Assembly (NCBI GenBank): GCA_031410075.1
Contig: JANNYL010000212.1
Span: forward strand, 1-39,118
Source: Flavobacteriales bacterium
GTDB lineage: Bacteria > Bacteroidota > Bacteroidia > Flavobacteriales_F > PHOS-HE28
Direction: 5' to 3'
Length of the DNA stretch: 39,118 bases
Shown here in pieces: positions 9,488 to 18,870 of the stretch. Each line of letters opens with the position of its first letter. Position 1 is the first letter of the stretch. The translations under genes were made by a program, and so were the position numbers. The notes beneath the pieces are model-generated. The model saw only the letters and a program-made list of their open reading frames with translations. It was not told the DNA's origin and ran no database searches.

Positions 9488-9816
9488 GCAGGCTTGCGCA
9501 ACGTGATCACATGGTCCACAACGGCTACGATCTCTTTCTTGCTCAGCATGGTCTTGTACGCCATCATGGCGCCTTTGCCGTTGTTGACCAATGCGATCAT
9601 CTCTTCACGCTTCATAATACTCAAGGTGAGGTTTTTCGCTCCATTGAGCCCCAGGTCGCCTTTACGACCATGGCATAACGCACACTGCGTGTTGAAGAGG
9701 AGCTGGCCTTCCGAAGGGGCACGCCCCTGTGCATCGACTTCCATAGGGGAATCACCGCACGCCAGCACCATACCGAATACCACAGCAAGGATGAGAAGTG
9801 AGCGCATCATAGCCAT
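9484..9816 (-). CDS. c-type cytochrome (class I, mono-haem), probable lipoprotein
   Basis: 110 aa. Signal/lipobox LAVVFGMVLAC-GDS, haem site CALCH, distal Met region GKGAMMAYK. The stop overlaps the hflX ATG (ATGA). Start could be 9816, 9810 or 9807. Confidence 0.85.
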   Translation of the reverse strand: MAMMRSLLILAVVFGMVLACGDSPMEVDAQGRAPSEGQLLFNTQCALCHGRKGDLGLNGAKNLTLSIMKREEMIALVNNGKGAMMAYKTMLSKKEIVAVVDHVITLRKPA

Positions 9817-10331
9817 GATCGTCCAAAGCCTTCCCGGAACGGCCAGGGCATCATCATGATCATAAGCAACAAGGCGGTCAGATAGAAGATGGCGATGCGC
9901 AGTTGCTTGCCGGGTTCGGTTTTGGCCTTCTTGCTCACCATGCGCCCGATCGTTACGAGGGCGATCACGATGATCATCATGGCGATATGCTCGTATTTCC
10001 AATAGCGGATCACCGATGTGGAAAGCGATGATTGGAAGCCCCGTGGGGTGAGCAACGTGTAGCTTTTGTATTTCACCGCATACAGCGCGAGGCCGATCAC
10101 CAACTGCACATGGCACAACACCATGGCCAGTATCGTGAGCGATCGTTCCCAAACGATGATGGGCTGCTTCCGGATGTAACCCACCAACGCGATGACACCG
10201 GCGCTTGAAACGGATAACAGAACAAGCCAGCGCAGAATGCTGTGAAAGAGTCGAAGCAAGTCGAATTGATCGTCCATGTAATAAGGATCGGTTGGAGCAG
10301 GCCAAATGTAGACTGCTGGTCCGTTCCGCAT
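9807..10331 (-). CDS. Integral membrane protein (about 4 TM), function unknown, upstream partner of the cytochrome c
   Basis: 174-aa ORF with four hydrophobic helices and conserved His residues (LFHSILRW, LCHVQLV, YEHIAMM). An alternative ATG lies at 10277. Confidence 0.6.
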   Translation of the reverse strand: MRNGPAVYIWPAPTDPYYMDDQFDLLRLFHSILRWLVLLSVSSAGVIALVGYIRKQPIIVWERSLTILAMVLCHVQLVIGLALYAVKYKSYTLLTPRGFQSSLSTSVIRYWKYEHIAMMIIVIALVTIGRMVSKKAKTEPGKQLRIAIFYLTALLLMIMMMPWPFREGFGRSWL

Positions 10332-10381
10332 TGCCCATACCTGAAGCTCGAAGACATTGGTATCGGTCTACATTCGCCGCG

Positions 10382-13300
10382 ATGCTTTATTCCTCGTTGC
10401 GCAGCCTTTTGTTCGTTGGTGTCCTTGGCGGCTCACTTTTTTCTTTTGCGCAGGTGAATGCACCGGTGAACGGGCCAGCTACGAAGCTGGGCGTTACCAC
10501 CGCCTTTATCCATGCCACAGTGCACCCCTCAGCTGGCGAGGTGCTTACCGATGCGACCATATTGGTGTTGGATGATCGGATCGTCGCAGTGGGTGCGCGT
10601 GTTACGGTTCCAGCAGGTGCGGTCAAGTATGACTTGAAAGGGTTGCACGTTTGGCCCGGCTTGGTGGAGCCTTATTCGGACTTCGGAATGCCGAAAGGGG
10701 AACGGGGTAAAGAGGAAAACCCCCTTGGTGCTCGCTTCTGGAATCCCGCTATTCGCCCTAGTACCCGGGCCGATCAATTGTACATCTATGATGAAGACAA
10801 GGCTGCCAGCCTGCGTGCCCAGGGATTTACAACCGTGGTTGCACACCGAATGGATGGCATCGCCCGCGGAACGTCTTGTACGGTTTCTCTGACAGGGCTC
10901 ACGGCCAACGAGGATGTTATTTCGCCGCGTACCTCAGCTCAGTTCTCTTTCCGCAAGGGCACCAGCAAAGAAGCCTACCCCAACTCCCTAACGGGTAGTA
11001 TCGCGCTGCTGCGCCAGACCTTCTATGATGCGCGTTGGTACAGTGCGGCGGGCAAGCTCGAGCAGAGCGACGCGGATCTGCAGGCCTTGAACGATCAACT
11101 CAATTTACCGCTGGTATTCGAAGCGAGCAACCGGAACGATGTGTTGCGTATCGCTTCGATCACTCGGGAATTCGGATTCCGGTACATCGTTAAAGGAAGT
11201 GGTGACGAGTACGCTCGCCTTGCGGACATCCTGGCGGATGATCGTCCGCTCATCCTGCCCATCGCCCTTCCGGAAGCCTATGATGTGGAAGATCCTTTCG
11301 AAGCGTTGGAAGTAAGTCTTGCCAAACTCAAACACTGGGAATTGGCTCCCACCAATGCACCGCGCATCGCTGAAGCGGGTGGCACGTTCGCTTTCACCAC
11401 GCAAGGGTTGAAGGATGTGGGATCGATGTGGGCTTCTCTTCGGCGGATGATCAAGTGCGGCCTGGACAGCTCTGTGGCTATTGCCGCGCTTACCACTGTT
11501 CCTGCGCAGTTGTACGGTATGCAGGACTTGGTAGGGGCGATAAGGCCGGGCATGTTGGCGAACCTGGTGATCTGTTCACATCATCTTCTGAACCCCAAGA
11601 ACGTGGTCCATGAAACGTGGGTGGCCGGTAAGCGCTTTGTTCAGAACGCGATACCTGGCGAAGATCCGCGCGGCACGTTCGACCTCAATCTGCGCAGTTC
11701 CATCCTGAAGTTGAAGGTGTCTGGAGAGTCTCAAAGACCCGAAGCCGATGTGGCATTGCCTAGGAACGACAGTCTCCACGTGAAGGCCTCGTTCAAGATG
11801 GAACGTGATGCCGTGACCCTTGTTTTCGAGGGAGAAAAAATCGGCTTCAAAGGGCTCGTGAGGTTGAATGGGGTCGTTCACGACCGCGGAGCTATTTGGG
11901 ATGGCCAAGGCCAATTGCCCGGTGGTGAATGGATCGCGTGGAGTGCTTTGCGGCAGAGCGCATATGTATCCAAGGACAAGAAAGAAAAGAAGACCGATGC
12001 CTTGGATAGTCTGTGGTCTACACCCACGGGGAGTGTCTGGTATCCGTTGGGGGCCTATGGGTTGCCCATGCTGCCCGATACAGAAGCGATCGTCTTCCGC
12101 AACGCGACCGTTTGGACCAATGGCGCCTTGGGTATTTTGCCCAAGGCCGATGTGTGTATCAGTGGTGGCCGCATCATCGGGGTGGGTGAGCGGTTGAACG
12201 TTGATGGGCTATTCTCCGGAAGGCGCAAACCTTCTTTTCTAGAGATCGACGCAACAGGCAAGCACTTGACCTGTGGTATTATCGACGAGCATTCGCACAT
12301 CGCTATTGAACGTGGGGTGAACGAAGGATCCCAATCAATTACCGCCGAGGTGCGCATGGGTGATGTGGTGGATCCGGACGATGTGGATCTTTATCGCAAC
12401 CTCAGTGGTGGGGTCGTCGCCATCCAGCAATTGCATGGCAGTGCGAATGCCATTGGGGGGCAGAGCTCATTGATCAAGCTGCGTTGGGGCCAGAGCGCCG
12501 ACCAAATGCACATTGCTGGCTCATCGGGGTTCATCAAGTTCGCTTTGGGCGAGAATGTGAAACAGAGCAACTGGGGAGATCGGGGGAGCCGCTTTCCACA
12601 GACCCGTATGGGCGTGGAGCAGTTGATGTACGACGCGTTCTACCGCGCCAAAGAATACAAGCTGGAATGGAACGCGTTCAATACATCAGCGCCCAAGCCC
12701 GGTCGGAAGAACGCGAAAACCACCAAGGGTCCAGTTTTGTCCGACGCGCGAGAAGGTTCAAGGCCTCGGCGTGATCTTGAACTGGAAGCGCTGGCGGAGA
12801 TCCTCGATCGCACACGTTTCATCACCTGCCATAGCTACGTGCAAAGCGAGGTCGCGATGCTGATGAATGTTGCTGACAGTATGGGATTCAAAGTACAGAC
12901 ATTCACACACATTCTTGAAGGATACAAGGTTGCCGCTAAAATGAAAGCACATGGTGTGAATGCGAGCACCTTCAGCGATTGGTGGGCGTACAAAATGGAA
13001 GTGGCCGATGCCATACCCTATAACGCCGCGTTGCTGCAAGAGCAAGGGGTGAACGTGTGCGTGAACAGCGATGATGCGGAGATGAGCCGTCGCCTGAACC
13101 AAGAGGCGGCCAAAGCCATGAAGTACGGTGGTGTATCTCCAGAGAACGCATGGAAGATGGTGACATTGAATGCTGCCAAAGCCCTGCGTCTTGACTCGCA
13201 CATGGGCTCGGTGGAGGTAGGTAAAGACGCGGACATTGTGTTGTGGAACGCGGATCCGATGGGCATTGATGCCAAAGCGGAACTGACGTTCGTGGATGGC

Positions 13301-13474
13301 GTGCGCCGCTTTGATCGAAGAGCAGATGCTGAGTTACGAAATACCATTCGTGCTGAACGTGAACGGATCATCGCAAAAATGATCGCGGCGAAAAAGGCAG
13401 GAGCTCCCGCGCGTAAGCAAGAGCGCAAGGAGAAAGGGCATTGGCAGTGCGAAACGATCGGAGAAGAACCATGA
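10382..13474 (+). CDS. Secreted amidohydrolase-family protein (two amidohydrolase-like modules)
   Basis: Start at the ATG that gives signal peptide MLYSSLRSLLFVGVLGGSLFSFAQ. The C-terminal module carries the metal motif GIIDEHSHIAIE, then HSYV and NSDD. The N-terminal module has PGLVEPYSDFG where HxH would be. Confidence 0.88.
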   Translation: MLYSSLRSLLFVGVLGGSLFSFAQVNAPVNGPATKLGVTTAFIHATVHPSAGEVLTDATILVLDDRIVAVGARVTVPAGAVKYDLKGLHVWPGLVEPYSDFGMPKGERGKEENPLGARFWNPAIRPSTRADQLYIYDEDKAASLRAQGFTTVVAHRMDGIARGTSCTVSLTGLTANEDVISPRTSAQFSFRKGTSKEAYPNSLTGSIALLRQTFYDARWYSAAGKLEQSDADLQALNDQLNLPLVFEASNRNDVLRIASITREFGFRYIVKGSGDEYARLADILADDRPLILPIALPEAYDVEDPFEALEVSLAKLKHWELAPTNAPRIAEAGGTFAFTTQGLKDVGSMWASLRRMIKCGLDSSVAIAALTTVPAQLYGMQDLVGAIRPGMLANLVICSHHLLNPKNVVHETWVAGKRFVQNAIPGEDPRGTFDLNLRSSILKLKVSGESQRPEADVALPRNDSLHVKASFKMERDAVTLVFEGEKIGFKGLVRLNGVVHDRGAIWDGQGQLPGGEWIAWSALRQSAYVSKDKKEKKTDALDSLWSTPTGSVWYPLGAYGLPMLPDTEAIVFRNATVWTNGALGILPKADVCISGGRIIGVGERLNVDGLFSGRRKPSFLEIDATGKHLTCGIIDEHSHIAIERGVNEGSQSITAEVRMGDVVDPDDVDLYRNLSGGVVAIQQLHGSANAIGGQSSLIKLRWGQSADQMHIAGSSGFIKFALGENVKQSNWGDRGSRFPQTRMGVEQLMYDAFYRAKEYKLEWNAFNTSAPKPGRKNAKTTKGPVLSDAREGSRPRRDLELEALAEILDRTRFITCHSYVQSEVAMLMNVADSMGFKVQTFTHILEGYKVAAKMKAHGVNASTFSDWWAYKMEVADAIPYNAALLQEQGVNVCVNSDDAEMSRRLNQEAAKAMKYGGVSPENAWKMVTLNAAKALRLDSHMGSVEVGKDADIVLWNADPMGIDAKAELTFVDGVRRFDRRADAELRNTIRAERERIIAKMIAAKKAGAPARKQERKEKGHWQCETIGEEP

Positions 13475-14814
13475 AGTACTTCGCGAACAACAGTCAGTTG
13501 GCCGTGCGCAAAGGAGCATGGTTGCTCGCCGTTTCCTTCCTGCTGCTGGTTCAGCTGCAGGGAACAGCTCAGAAACCCACCCCCGCACCCCCACAATCGA
13601 AGTCCATCTTGCTCAAGGGAGGAACGCTGCATGTGGGCAATGGCACCTCGATAGATGATGCTGCGGTGGGTTTTCGGAATGGCCTGATCGATTACGTAGG
13701 CCATAGCTATGGTGTAACTGCCGCGTACGATACGGTGATCAATACCATCGATCAGCACATCTATCCCGGTTTGATACTGCCGGACAACTCGATCGGGCTG
13801 CACGAGATCGACCTGGTACGTGCGACCGAAGATGCCGATGAAACCGGACGACTTGAACCCGAGGTCCGCGCCATGTCCGCCTTCAACACCGATTCTCGGA
13901 TCATCCCCACACTGCGTTCCAATGGGGTCCTCATCGCGCAAACCACCCCGCGTGGCGAAGTGATCGCGGGTACCAGCAGTGTTGTGCAATTGGATGCATG
14001 GGATAATTCCACCGCCGCCATCAAAGTGGATGATGGTGTTCATATGACATGGCCCAAGGCATACGACCGCGAAGGTTGGTGGGCCGAACCCGGTGAAGTG
14101 ATCAAAAGCAAGGGTGATGAGCGGACGAAGAAGTTGGATGAGTTGGACCAATTTTTCCATAAGGCCAAAGCGTATGCGCAGCTGCTCGAACACGCGGCAA
14201 CAGACCTGCGGATGGAAGCGATGCGCGGGCTCTTCGATGGGACAAAGACGCTGTTCGTAAATGCTGATCTGGCCAAGGAGATCCAAGAAGCCGTGCTGTT
14301 CGCACATGACCTCGGTGTGAAGCGAACAGTGATCGTGGGCGGCTATGATGCATGGCGTGTAGCCGATCTGCTCGTTGATAAAAAAGTGGATGTGATCCTT
14401 CGTCGACTGCACAGCCTTCCCTTGCGGGATGATGATGACGTGGATATGCCTTTTCGTCTGCCAACATTGTTGAAAGCCAAGGGCGTCCGCTTTTGTTTGA
14501 GCTATAGTGGTGACATGGAGCGAATGGGCAGTAGGAACCTGGCTTTTCTAGCCGGTACAGCCGGTGCCTTCGGCCTTGCGAAAGAGGATGCCCTGCAGGC
14601 CATCACCTTGGATGCGGCTCGTGTGCTTGGGATCGATCAGAAATATGGAAGCCTCGCCGTTGGCAAGAGTGCTACGGTATTTGTTTCGGCTGGTGATGCG
14701 CTGGACATGCGCACGAACAAAGTGCTTCATGCCTTTATCGATGGCCGCCATCTGGACCTGGACGACCACCAGAAAAAGCTGTACCGCCAATACAAACAGC
14801 GGTACCCGGAGTGA
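13471..14814 (+). CDS. Secreted amidohydrolase-family protein (HxH motif absent)
   Basis: ATGA overlap with the upstream stop codon. Signal peptide MKYFANNSQLAVRKGAWLLAVSFLLLVQLQGTAQ. Amidohydrolase-like core with PGLILPDNSIGLHEID in the HxH position. Confidence 0.82.
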   Translation: MKYFANNSQLAVRKGAWLLAVSFLLLVQLQGTAQKPTPAPPQSKSILLKGGTLHVGNGTSIDDAAVGFRNGLIDYVGHSYGVTAAYDTVINTIDQHIYPGLILPDNSIGLHEIDLVRATEDADETGRLEPEVRAMSAFNTDSRIIPTLRSNGVLIAQTTPRGEVIAGTSSVVQLDAWDNSTAAIKVDDGVHMTWPKAYDREGWWAEPGEVIKSKGDERTKKLDELDQFFHKAKAYAQLLEHAATDLRMEAMRGLFDGTKTLFVNADLAKEIQEAVLFAHDLGVKRTVIVGGYDAWRVADLLVDKKVDVILRRLHSLPLRDDDDVDMPFRLPTLLKAKGVRFCLSYSGDMERMGSRNLAFLAGTAGAFGLAKEDALQAITLDAARVLGIDQKYGSLAVGKSATVFVSAGDALDMRTNKVLHAFIDGRHLDLDDHQKKLYRQYKQRYPE

Positions 14815-14904
14815 TCTTCCACCTGGATCGTTGACATCGTTCTAGAGTCGCTGGGTCTCCGCTGATCCGCGATCCTAAATTCGTCGCGCTGATCCGATCA
14901 CTCA

Positions 14905-15750
<846 letters not shown>

Positions 15751-15773
15751 AGAAGAAGCACACACCATTCAAC

Positions 15774-16895
15774 ATGGCAAAGAAGAAAGCGGCTACGGCC
15801 GGTAAGAAGCGTAAAGTGGCCCTCATCACCGGTGTTACCGGCCAGGACGGTGCGTACCTCAGCGAATTGCTCCTGAACAAAGGCTACGAAGTGCATGGCG
15901 TTAAACGCCGCAGTTCCCTGTTCAATACGGATCGTATCGACCACCTTTATCATGATATGCACGAGAAGGGCCGTCCCTTCCATCTGCATTACGGCGACCT
16001 CACCGATAGTGTCAATTGCCTGCGATTGGTGAAGGAGATCCAGCCGGACGAGATCTACAATCTCGCCGCCATGAGCCACGTGGCAGTGAGCTTCGAAATG
16101 CCGGAGTACACAGCCAATGCTGATGGTATCGGAACCCTCCGTTTTCTGGAAGCGATCCGCATTTTGGGCATGGAGAAGAAGACGAAATTCTATCAGGCCA
16201 GCACAAGCGAATTGTACGGCGGTGTTCTGCCGAAAGCACAGAACGAGGAAACGCCTTTTTATCCGAAGAGCCCATACGGTGTGGCCAAACTCTACGGGTT
16301 CTGGATCACCAAGAACTACCGCGAGAGCTATGGCATGTTCGCGTGCAACGGCATCCTCTTCAATCACGAAAGCCCGCTGCGTGGTGAGACCTTCGTAACC
16401 CGCAAGATCACGCGTGCTGTAGCCAAGATCAAACTCGGTTTGCAAGACGCGCTTTACCTCGGCAATATCGACGCCAAGCGCGATTGGGGCCACGCCAAGG
16501 ATTATGTGGAAGGCATGTGGCTGATGCTGCAAGCCAAAAAGCCCGATGACTTCGTGCTCGCCACCGGCAAGACCTACACCGTGCGCCATTTCATTGATCT
16601 GGCCTTCGCTGAAGTGGGCATCAAGCTCGAGTGGAAAGGCAAGGGGATCAACGAAAAAGGCATCGACAAGAAAACGGGTAAGATCCTCGTGGCCATGGAC
16701 AAACGCTACTACCGCCCTGCGGAAGTGGACCACTTGGAAGGTGACCCCAGCAAAGCACGGCGCGTACTCGGCTGGAAACACAAGTACGACCTGAAAGCAC
16801 TGGTTGGCGAAATGGTAGCGAGCGACCTGGATCTCTTCAAGCGCGATGTTTACCTGAAGAAAGGAGGACACACTATCCTACACGAGCAGGAGTAG
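15774..16895 (+). CDS. gmd: GDP-mannose 4,6-dehydratase
   Basis: 373 aa from ATG 15774. [35 protein letters not shown] (YxxxK), LFNHESP. Confidence 0.96.
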   Translation: MAKKKAATAGKKRKVALITGVTGQDGAYLSELLLNKGYEVHGVKRRSSLFNTDRIDHLYHDMHEKGRPFHLHYGDLTDSVNCLRLVKEIQPDEIYNLAAMSHVAVSFEMPEYTANADGIGTLRFLEAIRILGMEKKTKFYQASTSELYGGVLPKAQNEETPFYPKSPYGVAKLYGFWITKNYRESYGMFACNGILFNHESPLRGETFVTRKITRAVAKIKLGLQDALYLGNIDAKRDWGHAKDYVEGMWLMLQAKKPDDFVLATGKTYTVRHFIDLAFAEVGIKLEWKGKGINEKGIDKKTGKILVAMDKRYYRPAEVDHLEGDPSKARRVLGWKHKYDLKALVGEMVASDLDLFKRDVYLKKGGHTILHEQE

Positions 16896-16897
16896 CT

Positions 16898-16974
16898 GTT
16901 GCGTGTTGACGTGTTGGCGTGTTACGTGTTGTACATGCTCCCAACGCGTAACACGTAACCAACCAACACGCAAC
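16898..16974. repeat. Long imperfect hairpin (~28 bp paired) built from CGTGTT(G/A) simple-sequence units; fills the gmd-fcl spacer
   Basis: GTTGCGTGTTG/CAACACGCAAC (11 bp), GTTGG/CCAAC (5), GTGTTACG/CGTAACAC (8) and GTTG/CAAC (4), with loop TACATGCTCC. Confidence 0.85.
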
Positions 16975-16982
16975 GATCTCTT

Positions 16983-17939
16983 ATGAACAAGCAAGACAAG
17001 ATCTACGTCGCTGGCCATCGCGGTATGGTAGGCAGCGCCATCGTGCGCCGCCTGCAGAAGGATGGTTTCAACAACATCGTTACCCGTGGAAGCAAGGAGC
17101 TTGACCTGAGGGAGCAACAAGCCGTTCGTGATTTCTTCGCCAGCGAAAAGCCCGATGTAGTGGTGCTCGCGGCCGCCAAAGTGGGCGGAATCCAAGCCAA
17201 TAACATCTACCGCGCCCAGTTCTTGTACGAGAACCTGATGATCCAGAACAACGTGATCGACAGCGCGTATCGAAATGGTGTGAAGAAGCTGTTGTTCCTC
17301 GGATCCTCGTGCATTTACCCAAAGCTGGCACCACAGCCGTTGCAAGAAGAAAGTCTCCTGACAGGCGTGCTGGAACAGACCAACGAACCCTATGCCATTG
17401 CCAAGATCGCGGGCATCAAAATGACGGAGAGTTATCGTAGGCAATACGGTGTGAACTACATCAGCGCTATGCCTACCAACCTCTACGGGCCGAACGACAA
17501 CTACGACCTCAACAACAGCCATGTGTTACCTGCGCTTATCCGCAAGTTCCACACGGCCAAGGTCACCGGTGCACCCAGTGTGGAAGTGTGGGGCACAGGC
17601 TCGCCTATGCGCGAGTTCTTGCACGTGGATGATCTGGCGGATGCTTGCTTTTTCCTGTTGCAGAACTACAACGACGAGCTGCATGTGAACATCGGCACCG
17701 GCGAAGACCTTACCATCAAAGCGCTGGCCGAATTGGTGAAGGACATCGTTGGCTTTACCGGTGAATTGAAATGGAACACCGAGAAACCGGACGGCACACC
17801 CCGCAAACTGATGGACGTATCGCGCCTGCACAACATGGGCTGGAAGCATCGCATCGGCTTGCGTGAAGGGATCACCAGTGTGTATGCCGAGTTCGCCAAG
17901 AGCGCCCCGGAGTCGGCATCCGGGGTGGCGAGCACATAG
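16983..17939 (+). CDS. fcl: GDP-L-fucose synthase (GDP-4-keto-6-deoxymannose 3,5-epimerase/4-reductase)
   Basis: 318 aa. [27 protein letters not shown], typical Fcl/WcaG. Confidence 0.95.
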   Translation: MNKQDKIYVAGHRGMVGSAIVRRLQKDGFNNIVTRGSKELDLREQQAVRDFFASEKPDVVVLAAAKVGGIQANNIYRAQFLYENLMIQNNVIDSAYRNGVKKLLFLGSSCIYPKLAPQPLQEESLLTGVLEQTNEPYAIAKIAGIKMTESYRRQYGVNYISAMPTNLYGPNDNYDLNNSHVLPALIRKFHTAKVTGAPSVEVWGTGSPMREFLHVDDLADACFFLLQNYNDELHVNIGTGEDLTIKALAELVKDIVGFTGELKWNTEKPDGTPRKLMDVSRLHNMGWKHRIGLREGITSVYAEFAKSAPESASGVAST

Positions 17940-18023
17940 TGCGCAACTTGTTCATTCGGTTGTGTTCTTTGCGTTGTTCCTTCGCTGAAGCCTTGGCTTA
18001 AGTGACCTTTGCATCAGCGCAGC

Positions 18024-18365
18024 ATGAGCACCTTCTCCACCCACATCCTTGATACCGCGCGCGGCATGCCCGCTCGTGGTGTGCGCGTCACATTGCAACG
18101 TTCCACAGGACCCGATACGTGGGAGGACATCGCGATGGGCAGCACCAACGCCGATGGCCGCATCCCGGACTTCGTTCCGGAGAGCACACCACTCCCAGCA
18201 GGCATCTACCGCGTTCGCTTCGATGTCTCGGCCTACTTCAGCGAGCACAAGACCAAGAGCTTCTATCCATACATCGAGGTGGTGTTCGAACTCTCTGCGG
18301 ACGGCCACTACCACGTGCCGCTGCTATTGAGCCCGTGGGGTTTCTCGACGTATCGGGGGAGTTAA
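18024..18365 (+). CDS. uraH: 5-hydroxyisourate hydrolase (transthyretin-like)
   Basis: 113 aa from ATG 18024. STHILDTARGMPA...YHVPLLLSPWGFSTYRGS, with the HIUase C-terminal YRGS signature. Confidence 0.93.
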   Translation: MSTFSTHILDTARGMPARGVRVTLQRSTGPDTWEDIAMGSTNADGRIPDFVPESTPLPAGIYRVRFDVSAYFSEHKTKSFYPYIEVVFELSADGHYHVPLLLSPWGFSTYRGS

Positions 18366-18410
18366 GGGAATATCGAACATCGAATGGCGAACACTGAACA
18401 TCGAAGTGAA
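18366..18410. repeat. Left inverted-repeat arm of the 4HB cassette (CGAACAT-type simple sequence)
   Basis: gggaatatcgaacatcgaatggcgaacactgaacatcgaagtgaa. The reverse complement of 18822-18869 is gggagtgaatgtcgaacatcgaacattgaatttcgaatgtcgaaggaa. They share the 12-mer tcgaacatcgaa and matching termini ggga/tccc. Confidence 0.8.
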
Positions 18411-18797
18411 ATGCCCGGGACAGTTCAACCGAGGAAGTTTGATCTGGAAGATCGCTTGGTCGACTTCTCTGTGTTGATGTTGAAAGTGGCCGATGCACTT
18501 CCAAAGTCTTATGCGGGTCAACATCTCTCGGGGCAACTCACGCGTTCTGGCACTTCTCCAGCTTTGAACTATGGCGAAGCACAGAGTGGCGAATCGCGGA
18601 GGGACTTCATCCACAAGGTGAAGATCTGTTTGAAGGAATTGCGTGAGAGCCGTGTATGTCTGAAGATCATCGACCGTTCAGGAATGCTGAAGGACCATGA
18701 CCTTGTGAAGCAAGGCATGGCCGAATGCAATGAACTCACGGCCATATTCGTCAAGAGCGTCAGAACTGCGGAAGCCAATCTTCGCGCTTCGTCATGA
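18411..18797 (+). CDS. Four-helix-bundle protein (23S rRNA intervening-sequence protein / DGR Avd-like family)
   Basis: FDLEDRLVDFSVLMLKV...SGQLTRSGTSPALNYGEAQSGESRRDFIHKVKICLKELRESRVCLKII, the characteristic family pattern. Start is 18411 or 18384. Confidence 0.88.
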   Translation: MPGTVQPRKFDLEDRLVDFSVLMLKVADALPKSYAGQHLSGQLTRSGTSPALNYGEAQSGESRRDFIHKVKICLKELRESRVCLKIIDRSGMLKDHDLVKQGMAECNELTAIFVKSVRTAEANLRASS

Positions 18798-18821
18798 ACC
18801 TGTTTCGAGCAGGTGCTGCAT

Positions 18822-18869
18822 TTCCTTCGACATTCGAAATTCAATGTTCGATGTTCGACATTCACTCCC
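18822..18869. repeat. Right inverted-repeat arm of the 4HB cassette
   Basis: Imperfect reverse complement of 18366-18410. It ends 1 nt before the ATG of the next gene. Confidence 0.8.
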
Positions 18870-18870
18870 T

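Noticed and set aside
10205-10381. N-terminal extensions of ORF-track entries (10205 for the amidohydrolase, 15624 for gmd, 18730 for the malate-synthase-like gene, 25440-25796 for guaD, 30079 for the giant gene, 2753-2851 for rbfA)
   Set aside because: Internal ATGs give canonical N-termini or signal peptides. The extensions overlap neighbouring genes or repeat arms, or begin with GTG/TTG.
13018-14412. Long antisense ORFs opposite well-supported genes, e.g. 13018-14412(-), 15744-16871(-), 19471-20325(-), 21534-22517(+), 25771-26787(+), 33130-33822(-)
   Set aside because: Each lies fully inside a gene with clear family motifs on the other strand. The translations are Arg/Gly/His/Ala-rich with no motifs. 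They are the expected consequence of stop-codon depletion in GC-rich DNA.
17990-18023. Possible -7-like promoter element (GACCTTTG) upstream of uraH and CTTTC upstream of the MsbA-like gene
   Set aside because: These are single weak matches without a recognisable -33 element or supporting operator. That is too little evidence to annotate them as features.
18411-18797. Possibility that the Avd-like four-helix-bundle gene marks a diversity-generating retroelement
   Set aside because: No reverse transcriptase ORF and no template/variable repeat pair is visible anywhere in the window. The gene is better explained as an IVS-type 4HB cassette.
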